A DNA stretch of 28,105 bases from Octopus sinensis (GCF_006345805.1 NW_021827503.1:1-28105); one strand, 5' to 3'; counted from the first letter of the stretch, positions 10,356-22,267 are shown. Numbers and translations are program-made. The notes: a model not told the origin generated them from the letters alone.

Positions 10356-10372
10356 GGAAGCGACACCTACTG
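10356..10372 (+). repeat. Left target-site duplication GGAAGCGACACCTACTG (17 bp)
   Basis: Identical to 15694-15710. A single uninterrupted copy occurs in unit 1 at 9996-10012. Confidence 0.95.
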
Positions 10373-10591
10373 ATTTTCCTTGGATTACGTCGGATTATTT
10401 ACGCTGTAAGCTGTTTTATGTTAGTTCGTTCTGTTCTGGATTTACACGTACAATTTTTGGAGTATTAACTTGTGAAACAAAGTAATTTCGTCGCCCTTCG
10501 GGGTAGAAAATTTCTTTTTATATATGAACTTTAATTCAGTGTGGATTTAATTTTTATCTTGTCTCTTGTGACAAGTCACTTGCATTTTATT

Positions 10592-12057
10592 ATGGATCTT
10601 GACTTAACGTCAAATTTTGATTTCCCGAGATGGGAGAAGTTATAAAGCAAAAGGATACAAAGGAGAAACAAAGTTTTTCGGAAGCGTTGGAGGCAATGTT
10701 TATAAACTGGAAGTAACAATGGAGGATCTCTTCAAGTTCAGAAAGTTCATACAAAGGAATGGAGAAGAAACGAGAATAATACCGCCCCCTGACACCTTAC
10801 AAGCAATCCGTGAGAAGACGGTAATTTATAAGTATATAATATTAAGGAAAAAAGATTGCAGATGTAAGAAATGAATTGGTAGAACGGTGCATGGCACCAA
10901 TTTGGAACAAGGTTCGCTATGTTGGCCGAGGAGTGAGAAGCGCTACTATTGAAGCGCATTTCGAGTCGGCTAGCATAGCGAAGGAAATTTTCAACTCAAA
11001 CGTTGAAGAGTGCAGACATCCTGTTGCTGCCCACGTACTTAGGGCGCAGAACAGCTAAGATAACAATAGAGGATATACCAACAGGTTACGATGTAATGTG
11101 GGCAGCAACAGCGGTCGTATTCGACGTAGAGAGAAATTAAACATTTTAAACATGAGGATGAAAGAGGCAAAATTTTGGAAAGGTCAGCAGCTTGAAATGA
11201 TCGTTCAAGCTGACAATGCAACGCTGGAGAGTTTGCCAGACAGGGTCTTCGTGGGGGATGGACACACTGCGCGGGTATCGGTGGAGGGACGTAGGCCCAG
11301 ATGTTTCAAATGTGGGCAGAAGGGTCACGTCCGCTCAGAGTGCAAAAAAAAAAACCCGTTAATGCCCCCATTCAAACCGCTGTGGAGAACAAAGCAGACA
11401 TCACAGCAACAACAAAAGAGAATACCCGGAAAAAGCAAAATGAAAGTCAAAAGAGGAAAAGAAAATGAATGGAAAACAAAGCGAAAAACGAAAACGAGGT
11501 GGAAAATATTTTATCAAATGGAAAAGAACTGGAAGTAATGGAATATACAACTGTAACCAACAAAAGGAAAAATCCAATACCCCGGACTCCCCACCCCAAA
11601 CAAAAAGAAACAAACGCAGAACACCACAAAAAATTATCCAATCCCACCCCGCTGGCACTACTTTGTAGGCCAGCATTTCATTAAACCCAGCCCCCCCACT
11701 TTAAAAGGATTCAAAAAAACCGATAGGTGCATTGCTTATAACACAAAACAAGAGAGTAGTTTGGTACATAAGGCGAAACCAAACATAAAATGTTTCAATC
11801 ATCGGAAAAAACCCGGATTGGAGGTATGCGAAGGTTTGGAGAGGAGGAATGGAAGGAGAGACTTCCAACTACACGTGAGGGACAACCTGATTAAAGATGT
11901 CACACAAGAGGTGATAGCTGGAAAATTGAATATTAGCCCGGCAGCCACTCCATCCCAGAGCCCGGGGCAACGCCGGTTAAATGCCCAGCAACAACGGAGA
12001 ATGTGGGGAAAGCAGGCAACCAAAAGCTGCCATGCTCCCTCTCACAACCGTAAGTAA
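10592..12057 (+). pseudogene. LINE C ORF1 (frameshifted in this sequence)
   Basis: ATG at 10592, then TLQAIREKTVIYK...VRSATIEAHFES...VSVEGRRPR-CFKCGQKGHVRSEC (11302-11343). The end frame is uncertain. Confidence 0.85.
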
Positions 12058-15000
12058 CAAACTTTCTTCTTCATTCATCGATATTAAGTTGGGCTGTATA
12101 AATGTGCGTGGAATGGGGTCGAAATGGAAACAGGCTTGCTTGCTGGACGACCTCAGGACACACAGAATAGATGTAGCCATTGTCACCCGAGTCCAAGATG
12201 AGAGGAACCCAAGCGTTCTCGCATCTTCTCAATGGTTACGAGAAATTTATTTCTCCTAGCCGAGGAGGAAGTGCAGGCGTGGCAGTCCTTATCAGAAGAA
12301 CTTGGACTTACATGTAAGTACTGTCTTTAGGACCCAGAAGTAGGCTGGTTGTCCTCGATGTAACTCACGTAAGTAAGCAGTCCTTCAGGTTGGTAGCTGT
12401 TTATGCTCCTAATGAGGGTAGGCAGACTGGTTTTTATCGGAACTTGGAGCACTTTCTAGTGACGTCTAAAACGGTAGTATTGGTAGGGGATTTCAACACT
12501 ATCATCGATGCGCGGATAGATAGTGTGGGCTCGTCTGATAGAAGGGGGAATCCTTGCCTTAAGGTTCTACTGACGAGCTTTAATCTAGTAGATCGGTTTT
12601 TCGAATGGATGAGCCGAGCATTCCACAGTGGACGTGAGTAACAATGACGGCTCACGCAGATCGTATATAGATAGGGTATTTGTTAAGAACGAGATAGGAA
12701 TAGCATTAGCTGTCCACAATTTTGTATTGTGCCTTACCACGGATCACAAATTAGTGACGTGTGAGGTACATGTAGATAATGCCATAGACAGGGACCCGAT
12801 ACTGGAAAATGAACAAGTCTATTTTGGCTTGTGAAGCTTTCCGTAACCGGATTATGGAATTAGTCCGAGGGCATTATGTGGAACCATCATTAATAATAGA
12901 TGGTGGATCGCCCTCAAAAGAGCCATCCGTTTGGAGTCCATTAGATTTAGCAACCAGCTAAGTTTAGATAGGACTAGAATAGAGGGCGATTTAGTTAAGA
13001 ACTTAGACGAGCAATGGATCTGGCTGTGCATCTAGAGTGTTTAGCAGAGAGAGAACGATCTTGTACCGTCACCTCAATGCCAAGCATGAAGGATGTAGAG
13101 TCAGAGCTAAGCTACGTGCAGTGAAACGAGAAGGTATTAATGTTGCCGGATGGGCACGTCGTGTGGAGAGTCAGAAGGGCAAAAAGTCCTCTATTAAGTC
13201 TTTAACTGACGAACAGGGACGCAAAATCTATGGACAGGAGGAGATACAGAAGGTCTTTCAACAGCATTTCGCTCGGTTGTTTGGGAGGGCGATCCACTCG
13301 AGCGAGGGAGACTTACAGAACTTCCTAGCTGGGGGCCTCGGCTCTCGCCAAGCAGAGCGGAACGCTGTGAAGGACCGATTACTCCCGCGGAGGTAAGAGG
13401 GTTTTGGCTGAATGCGCGCCGGGGGGAAAAGTCGCCGGGACTGGATGGTCTGCCCTATGAGTTTTTATTGTTGTATGCCGGACTTGTTCGGGGACATACT
13501 GGCAAGCCTACGCAAACTGGCAACAGAATGGGAGGATTCCCAGTTCTGTGACCGGGGAGTTGTGACGCTGATCCAGAAAGACCCGAGCAAGGGGATAATA
13601 TTAGTAATTATAGGCCCATAACTCTACTTAATGTAGAGTTAAAGATTTTGGCCAAGGTGTTAGCAAAAGGTTGAAGGTCGTCATGGAAAAACTTGTCGGA
13701 AAGGCACAGACATGTGCAATCCCAGGCAGGTCGATCGAAGATAATCTTCACCTTCTACGCTACACTATAGACAGGGTTGGGCAATTAGCCGGCAAAGGAG
13801 GGGCATTGGTCCCATTTAGACCAAAGTAAAGCATTTGATAGGTAGATCATCAGTACCTGGCGACGGTTCTCGAAGCGGCTGGGCTAGGTCCCTGACTTTC
13901 GCGGGTGGATATCAGCTATGTACAGCGGTATCAAAGTCCACAGTCCAGATAAACGGTTACTTAACGGAACCGTTTTCGATTAAGCGTTCAGTTCGTCAAG
14001 GATGTCCCTTGTCCCCTCTCCTGTACGTTTTGGCTCTTGAGCCATTGCTGCGGAAGTTGGAGACGGTGAGATGCAATCCTAATGAAATCGGATGCAGTAA
14101 GTCTGTTTCTGCGTATGCGGATGACGTCACCTTCATCGTGTCCAACGAAGCACAACTAACTCGTGTAGAAGGTGCTCTCCGAAAATACGAAGCGGTGGCT
14201 GGGGCAAAAGTTAACAAGGACAAGTCCACTGGTTTGCGCCTCGGCACCTGGGAGGAACAGCCGATATCGTCCAGTGTTGTTGGACACTGGACAGATGGTC
14301 CTGTTTAAATTGCTTGGAGTTTGGTTGTGGTTTCAGACTCCCAGACGGAGGAAAATTGGAGCGAGGTAGTGACCAAGGTAGAAGCCATAGTTTTGGAGTG
14401 GTCCGGAGGCATCTTTCCTTGAAAGGGAGGCGGAGGTGGTACAGGTTTTTATAGCATCTGTAATCACCTATCGCCGACTGTCGTGCCTTGCCCCCGATTT
14501 GTGGCTAAGCAAGTTTGATCGACTCCTTTTCCGCTTTTTTGTGGAAGGGAGGAAAGCCACTGTAAGGCGCTCCGTGTGTTGCCAGGAACCACTAAAGTGT
14601 TGCTGGGGATGCCTTGGTTAATGATGCGCAGCATGCGCTGAGACTGAGACATCTCTGGTTTCACCTGGAAGGTGATAAGGGTGGAGTCCGCTGGCAGATA
14701 ATTCTTCCCCGCAACCGGACTCTATGGAGAGATTTAAACCCGGTTTCATTAAAAGACGGAACCTGACTTTATGGCAGAAAGAGTGCCGACAGGCACTCTG
14801 GCTGATCCACAAGATAGGCAAAGCCGGCTGCGGGAATACCACCTCGACATTTTTAGAAGGATGGTAGAGGCAAAAAATGACGACGTCCTAAGAGGGGCTC
14901 TGGGGTTCGATGAGGATCAACTATCCGACCTGTTTAAGAAGACTTTCAAGCCGGGGTATTTGGACAATTACCAAAATCCCTGACTTGGCAGTGCTATGGA

Positions 15001-15439
15001 TGCTCTACCTGTTCGCGATAAGTTATATAGGCATGGAATGTCAGTGCCACCGACATGTCCAAGATGTGGGTTGGACGATGAAACCGTCCAGCACGTTTGT
15101 ACATTGTCAGGAACTGTCAGGCTTAATAAGTTACGTAGAATACGTGTTGTCGCATGGGACGAGTACAGCTATCGGCTGGTTCTATAATAAATGATACCGC
15201 CAGCTGGACTCTCAAAGGAAGGTGAGGCTTGTTTTCACTGTACGGTGGCAGTACTGAAAGAGTGTGTGTGGAGAACTAGATTGGAAGGTTTGGTGTCAGG
15301 AACCTTTGTCTCTGGATATGGTATGTTAAAATACTTCAGATACCATCTAAAGAGCAAGATGGATTTAGAGAAGAGGAACCTGACACAGAAAAAGTATGTG
15401 AATCGATGGAAGGATGTGATAAAAAGGTGGTGTGAGTAA
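12032..15439 (+). pseudogene. LINE C ORF2 (APE endonuclease and reverse transcriptase), frameshifted in this sequence
   Basis: IKLGCINVRG, VAVYAPN, VGDFN, SYIDRVFV, TDHKLV (APE); RSVRQGCPLSPLLYVLALEPLL, YADD (14114-14125) (RT); CPRCGLDDETVQH; ends VIKRWCE-stop. Confidence 0.9.
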
Positions 15440-15693
15440 CCCTGCTTGGTCATCATGAAGGGAGAAAATAGTCTCTGGGCTCTTAGGCTGTCGGGTAAGA
15501 ATCCTGACTGTGATATACCTAGCTGGCCAAATCATTTTAATTTAAAAAAAAAAAGGAGAAAAGTAAAGTAAAGTAAATCATATCAATATCAACATATGTA
15601 AATATCAAACGAACAACGTAAACTTTTTGTAATTATGTTTTGTATTGTAATGTACTATCTCTGTAAGATTTTTATAATCATAATAAAGATTTA

Positions 15694-15993
15694 GGAAGCG
15701 ACACCTACTGGTTTGGCTACGCTGCATTGAAAAGGGGCAATACCCCGAAACGCGTCTGTAGCTGCCGGCCAAGTAGTGTGGAGCGACTGACCTCCCTTGT
15801 TCAAAGGTTATATGGATACAGTTTGTGTATCAAATAGCTAACTTAAGGCGATGGCCTCATGGAGCTAATAAGCGGTCAGCTTTTTTCTTATTTTTATAAG
15901 AATGCCATATTAGTATGGCGATAACTAATATTTTCCGGGAACGCTGCCGTTGTTCTCTTTTAGAGAGACTTAGTAATTTTAATATTCTATTAT
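15694..15993 (+). repeat. Hammerhead-bearing tandem repeat, right part (right TSD 15694-15710, rest of unit 2, truncated unit 3 from 15809)
   Basis: 15694-15808 is identical by eye to 9996-10110. Unit 3 runs into a (TA)n tract. Confidence 0.95.
15721..15762 (+). ncRNA. Type I hammerhead ribozyme, second copy, predicted cleavage after 15756
   Basis: Identical to 10023-10064. Confidence 0.8.
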
Positions 15994-15994
15994 G

Positions 15995-16025
<31 letters not shown>

Positions 16026-16042
16026 TATATATATATACATAT

Positions 16043-16093
<51 letters not shown>

Positions 16094-16128
16094 ATATATA
16101 TACACACATATATATTATATATATATAA

Positions 16129-16177
<49 letters not shown>

Positions 16178-16208
16178 TATATATATATATTATATATATA
16201 TAATATAA
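15994..16208. repeat. Imperfect (TA)n microsatellite
   Basis: Direct reading. Confidence 0.95.
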
Positions 16209-16394
16209 TGAGTGTTAAATAAGTCTGTGTGGAAAGAGGTTGTTCTCTCCTAGGGATATTTATCCAAGCGTACACCAGTTTAGAACTATATCAATTAACG
16301 ATACTGAAAATCCAACGTGTGTATATGTACTGGTGTTTATCGTTGGTTCTTCTTCGATATTAGTACAGTTGTTACTATAGATGTTTCCATCTTT

Positions 16395-16640
16395 TCGACG
16401 CTCCAATTAGATCAGACTCGAACCTGGACAGGCCACGACGGTGGGGCAGTAGTAGATGACGGGTGCGATGTACGCATTCACCACCTCTTCCCGACCTTTC
16501 GGGGATAGCTTTTTCTCGGCCCATTTCTGGGTAAAATTCGCCACCCTGCTCATCACCTCATCCCAGTTCTATATCTGGAGATTTTGATCGAAACAGACCC
16601 CAAGCAATTTAACCGGTCCTTCCGTCTACTGGAGATCCCG
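16395..16640 (-). pseudogene. Fragment of another Tx1-like ORF2 (region just after the RT core)
   Basis: The minus strand reads TEGPVKLLGVCFDQ...NWDEVMSRV...WAEKKLSPKGREEVVNAYIAPVIYY, homologous to LINE C 14290-14480 (TDGPV.KLLGVW...NWSEVVTKV...LSLKGRAEVVQVFIASVI). Confidence 0.8.
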
Positions 16641-17139
16641 ATTTGTTCGACTAAACACTTCAGGACAACTAAAAGCAAGTAAAAGAATAAAAGAGATTTG
16701 TTCAACGCCAGTTCTTCCCACAGTTGACGTTGCAAATTATCTTTAGCAACGTTATGCCCCACGTCGGAGATTAACACCTTACTAACATTTGTTGAGGCAA
16801 CCTGTTCTCTTTCAACAGATACGTGGTATTATCGTTGCTTTCGGTCGTATTGTAAGGGGTTTAAGAACTTTAGGGGTTAGTGTCTGGGATTCAGTGTTTA
16901 GGGATCGATTCTTCTTGAACAATAGATGTTCAGACGATATGTCTTGCGTTTGGATAGTAACTGCACGATTTTCGAAATCTGCTAGGATTCCAAGTTTTGT
17001 TACATTTCCTGTCGATATTGGCATCGTTCTAAGATTTCCGAGGAAAAAGAGCCAAACATAACCTTACTGATGGTATGCAAAATAGATTCTGCTGTAAGCA
17101 TTCTGTTGAGATATATTCTCTTCTACATTGATACATTTA

Positions 17140-17590
17140 TATATACATACGTACATACATACATACATACATACATACATACACATAAATACCCCCATGC
17201 ATACGCACATGCTTTTATGTACACATACATATAGACATAGTTATATATAAATATACATGTATATATGCATATATTTATAAACGCACGCATATATATGTAT
17301 GCAAGTCCTGTATATAGATATATGTATATGCATATGGATATATATAGATATGTTTATATGTGTAATATATATATATATATATAATATATATAATATATAT
17401 ATGTTTATGTGCATTATTATATATATAATATATATATGCATTTATATATATATACATATATATATATACATATATTATATATAATACATACACACACGCA
17501 CGCACACACACACATATACATATACACACACACACACATATTGTATATATATTATATATATATATATATATGCACATACATACATACATG
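17140..17590. repeat. Compound (TA)/(CA)/(TACA) microsatellite
   Basis: Direct reading. Confidence 0.9.
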
Positions 17591-17902
17591 CACACAATTA
17601 CCACGCGTCTGGAAATGGAAAAACACGCTAAGCAGGCTCGCAGAGACAGACTCGGTTAAATTTTCCCAACTACCTTACCAGAGCAGGACTCCGCATATAG
17701 CAGACCTTCATATAAAAACTAGAAAATGAATGCCATTAACAGGTCTAAGTCTTTGGCTCTGCTCGTGCCAAAATTCCTGGCATATGCATCGTATGAATTC
17801 CTCCCACAGCTGCTCATAACTGCCGCTGAAGCACAGCAAGCGCTGGTAAAAACTGAGATGATTTTTCTTTTGTTTCTGCCCTGCCAAATTAATAACATAC
17901 AT

Positions 17903-17903
17903 A

Positions 17904-17995
<92 letters not shown>

Positions 17996-18032
17996 CATAC
18001 ATATATATGCATATATATGTACATATATATAC

Positions 18033-18079
<47 letters not shown>

Positions 18080-18094
18080 ACACACATACATACA

Positions 18095-18126
<32 letters not shown>
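17903..18126. repeat. Compound (TA)/(CA)/(TACA) microsatellite
   Basis: Direct reading. Confidence 0.9.
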
Positions 18127-18127
<1 letters not shown>

Positions 18128-18420
18128 GTTTGTTTTTCACTGTCCTGTTTGTGTTACCTATTTTGACCCTTCGAAAAATACCAAATTTTATCTAATTTGC
18201 TTTGCTGGACTAACTGTTTTATCGAAAGCGTACGTGGTTTTTAAATGCTCGAAATACGAGACTAGAAAAACAGCCAACAACCGATGAAGGGTCGTTCTTT
18301 ATGTTGTTTGTCTTGTTTTCCATTTGTGTCTTTCGTTGTTCTAAATAATAGTTCATGTTCCATGTACTCGTACTTCGTACTTTTTTTTGTACACGTTTCA
18401 CGACGTCCTGTGCCCACATA

Positions 18421-18465
<45 letters not shown>

Positions 18466-19083
18466 CAATTACAACGGCGCCTGCAACCACCACCACCACC
18501 ACCACCACCACCAAAAACAACAGCACAAACAAAAAAGTAGATCATTTTATATCTCACCTTGAAGGTTATCTCCATGAAATCCATTGAAGAAGAAATCTTC
18601 ACCATGAACGAAAGATATTTAAAAAATCCCACTTAAGTTGTGCAAAATCAAAACATTAACCATTTGAGTGCAAACTGCGAGAAAATGTCTTCGTTTTATT
18701 ACATCTCCGTAGTGAAAGGTTGACAGAGTCTTGAGTACTGATTGTGAGAAAGTGTCCTCAAGGTATTACTTCTCCGCGATGCATGATTTACACGGCCTTC
18801 AGTACCAATTGTGAGAAAATTACCTCAAGATATTACTTCTCCATGATTTAGAGTTGACAGAGTCATCTGAAATGAAATAAGAAATAGGGATAGAAATAAC
18901 TAATATGAATATTCTTTTACTGGTTTATCAAACGAATGTGAATGTCCTTGACTCCTTTTAGAGGCCATAAGAGCTGTTGGATAGGAGATATGGATGTGGC
19001 CTAAAGCCGGAGACCCCATCGAAATGCTTGCAACAGATTGGACGCTGCTGAAAGCACCAGGTTGTGGTGCTAAAATGGGCTTC

Positions 19084-19178
19084 CAGATAGTTTCCGTCTA
19101 CCAAGAAATTACTTAGTCAGGGATACACCAGAAGACGCTCATGGTTCTGCGCAGTGGAAGTGAACTTCTAAACCACAG
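19084..19178 (-). mobile_element. Highly decayed, internally deleted tRNA-derived SINE remnant
   Basis: TTCCGTCTACCAA...GCGCAGTGG...GAACTTCTAAACCACAG resembles pieces of a common cephalopod SINE (recollection only). Confidence 0.3.
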
Positions 19179-19259
19179 TTATGTATGCCTGTGTATGTAT
19201 AAAAGAGTTTATGGACCTCACTCACAAAAACAGGAAATATTGTTTCAATTATCTTTACA

Positions 19260-19800
19260 GCGAACACGGTTCTTCACCCAAAGCCAAATCTTTCGCGAAA
19301 ATACCTTTTTCTTCAAATCTACGAATCTTTCATAAAAATTCTATAAAAATTAATACCTTTTCCACAACCCAAACTTTACAGTCTTGTAATTTCATTTACC
19401 CGAATCCTTGCTCACTGGAACGAATAATTCTTTTCAAAAGAACTTATTTAATTCGCTACAGTGAAAACTAGCACAGTTTCTAAATCATATATTGGATTAA
19501 CTTCAGATTCTTTCAAATTACGTCAGAATCAACATCCGTAGGTTTTTTTTAGCCATCATTTTTTGGAAGCGCCGGCACTATGTCTAAATACATTTGTAAT
19601 CTTATGTCTAATAACACAAATTTTGACGCCAAACCTTATCATTCAAACAAACGGTGTCTACTTTGCCTGTCTGAAGCATATAAAATATTTTTTTCCAACC
19701 CCACCCTTTTGAATCGACATTCAGAACTGGTGTCTCCTTGCCTGCATAAACACTTTATATCGCTCGAATATTATAAACCATTTCTCCGACATAAGAGTTG
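19260..19800 (+). pseudogene. Decayed Penelope-like element, GIY-YIG endonuclease region
   Basis: RIFHKNSIKI..STT, SYIGLT (YIG at 19488-19496) and MSKYICNL...AKPYHSNKRCLLCLSE...PTLLNRHSELVSPCLHK match the PLE endonuclease C-terminal pattern (LSKYIW...KPY...RCxLCLxE...LLNxRSEL..CxH). Confidence 0.8.
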
Positions 19801-20192
19801 AACTCAAGTCAATGAGAGTCACTCATCTTCCCAATCAATCTCTCCTCGGAAAATGACGTTCTATCCACGGACGTTTTACCATAGGAAGACCACGCTTTAT
19901 TTAACTGCTTCCTTTCAACTCAACCGCTTTCCAAATATTTAAACCAACCGAATTAAACTTTAAATACGAAATCGCAATAAATTACCCTCTGTTGAATGCA
20001 GCATCGATTCCCAGTTTAAATCCTTCTTTCTGTCCATTTCTAATTTATCAATTTCTAACTTATTTCTTTGCTACTCTGCTCTGCAATCCTTTACAGTATC
20101 ACAGACGCAATATATTTTTCAAAAATTTACTTAACACAATTCGGAAGATCAAAGCAATGTTATTGAAATCCAAAATTTTTAATTTCACTTAA

Positions 20193-20217
20193 TACATACA
20201 TATGTGTATATATATAT

Positions 20218-20279
<62 letters not shown>

Positions 20280-20405
20280 CACACTTACATACATTTATAA
20301 TATATATATATATATATGTGTGTGAATATTATGTATATATATATATGAAAAAATATATATGCATATCCATATATATATATGCATATACATATATATATAA
20401 ATATA

Positions 20406-20439
<34 letters not shown>

Positions 20440-20544
20440 CATATATATATATGTATATATAATAACACATATACTTAAAATATGCTTGTATACATGCACA
20501 TCCGCACACTCACACGCACACATGCACGCATACATACAGATATG

Positions 20545-20587
<43 letters not shown>

Positions 20588-21035
20588 TCATACACGCATA
20601 TGCATACACTCATAAACTCACATACATACAGATATACATACATGCATACACACATACATATATACATATACAAACATAATACGTACACATATATACATAC
20701 ATACATACCTATATAACTTCCTACTTGATGTTTAATTTCCAATGTAAGTGCCTTGTTTCTTAGAAAAGAAAACACAGAAGGATACGTACACACACATGCA
20801 CACATACATACATACATACATACACACTCACACATATACATACATACATACATACATACATACACACGCATACATACATACATACACACGCATACATACA
20901 TACATGCATACATACATACATACATACAAACACTCGTGACTAATTATAGAATACTGTTGTCATTAAATCTTACATACATAAATATATACACTCCTGAGTA
21001 ATTATAGAACAGTGTTGCTATTAAATCGTATATAC
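20193..21035. repeat. Long compound (TA)/(CA)/(TACA) microsatellite
   Basis: Direct reading. Confidence 0.9.
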
Positions 21036-21131
21036 ATCAACGAAATCTCTTATTAAGAAGGAGTTTGGAGTCCTAAGCTTTTAATTAGCCATCTTTAAGG
21101 TGGGTAATGGTTTGAGAGAAAAATATTTAGT

Positions 21132-21203
21132 CAGTGGTGGTGGTGGCGGTGGTGGTAGTGGTGGTGGTGGTGGTGTGGATAGCAGTGTTTGACATTAAAA
21201 TGG

Positions 21204-21235
<32 letters not shown>

Positions 21236-21501
21236 ATGGTGGTGGCTGTGGTCGTGGTGGTGGTGTGGATAGCAGTGTTTGACTTTAAAATGGTTGTGGT
21301 GATGATGGTGGTGGTGGTGGTGGTGGTGGTAGTGGTGGTGGTGGCGGCGACGGCGGTGGTGGAGTTCGTGGCAATAGTGTTTGACTTCAAAATGGTAAAG
21401 GTGATTGTGATGATGGCGATGATGATGATGATGAAGACAATAATGGGTGGTGGTGGTCGTCGTGGCAATGATGTTTGAATTTAAAATAGTGATGGTGATT
21501 G

Positions 21502-21532
<31 letters not shown>

Positions 21533-22125
21533 GGTGATGATGGTGATTGATGATGGTGGTGGTGGTGGTGATAAAGACGGCACATGACGGGGTTTTTGAA
21601 AAGATAATTGTTAAGGTGAGTGGTGCTGTGATAGTGATGGTGGCGACGGCAATGGTTGTAATGGTAGTTATGATGGTGATGGTGGTGGTGGTGGCGGCGG
21701 CGATGATGGTGGGAATAGTTGTTATGATGATGATGATGATGATGGAACTAGTAATGGTTGCAGCGAGGATGGTGGTTCTGGCGCTTGGTGTTCATAGGCA
21801 GTTGAGGTGATGGTTGTGTTTTTGGTGCTGGATTGGTGGCGATGGTGGCAGTGGTGGGTGGTATTGGTGATGTTGGTGTTGCTGTTGGTGGTGGTCTTGA
21901 CGGCTGTGATGATGGTGGAGGTGGCGGCGGTGGTGATGATCATGATGATCATGATCATGATGACGACGACGATGACGATGATGATGGTGGGGGATGACGA
22001 CGGCGATGACAAAGATGGTGATGATGACGATGATGACAATGACGATGATGATGATGACCACCACCACCGCCGCCGCCACCACCACAACAACGATGATGGT
22101 GATAACGATGACGATGATGATGAAT
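21132..22125. repeat. (GGT)/(GAT)/(GAC) trinucleotide low-complexity tract with an embedded 4-unit minisatellite
   Basis: Direct reading. The conserved core GTGTTTGAC.T.AAAATGG occurs at 21185, 21275 and 21377, with a more diverged copy at 21471. Confidence 0.9.
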
Positions 22126-22267
22126 GTCTAACCTTCAAGTCAGCTCTCTGTGGTCGGGCAGAAACCTATGATGAAAGACATTCCAGTCGTAGCCAACCCG
22201 TCTCATATTTTTTTCTTTTGTGCAGGGAAGTCGGAAATACATTATCCTAGTGTTATTTCCTAAAACG

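Larger units (their letters stand above)
9727..10372 (+). repeat. Tandem ~360-363 bp hammerhead-bearing repeat, left part (21-bp leader, unit 1 at 9748-10110, unit 2 begins at 10111)
   Basis: TATATGGATACAG recurs at 9748, 10111 and 15809. Units differ by only a few substitutions and indels. Confidence 0.95.
10373..15693 (+). mobile_element. Full-length Tx1-like (L1-group) LINE C, 5321 bp, inserted in the hammerhead repeat
   Basis: 5' UTR, ORF1 with CCHC, ORF2 with APE, RT and C-terminal Cys/His motif, 3' UTR with AATAAA at 15682-15687, and a perfect 17-bp TSD. Confidence 0.92.

Noticed and set aside
16780-17130. Possible ORF1 fragment belonging to the minus-strand Tx1 piece
   Set aside because: No motif shared with the three ORF1s in this window in any frame.
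17590-17900. Possible Tc1/mariner transposase remnant on the minus strand ([11 protein letters not shown] resembling WPPxSPDLNP)
   Set aside because: Similarity is too weak, with no DDE motifs or TIRs.
18215-18425. Possible Penelope terminal repeat with a degenerate hammerhead (CGAAAGCGT...ATGCTCGAAA, CCGATGAAGGG)
   Set aside because: The core nucleotides and helices I and III are not recoverable. The family assignment rests only on recollection.
21185-21490. CRISPR-like repeat-spacer array
   Set aside because: Eukaryotic context, spacers are triplet microsatellites, cores diverge, and there are no cas genes.
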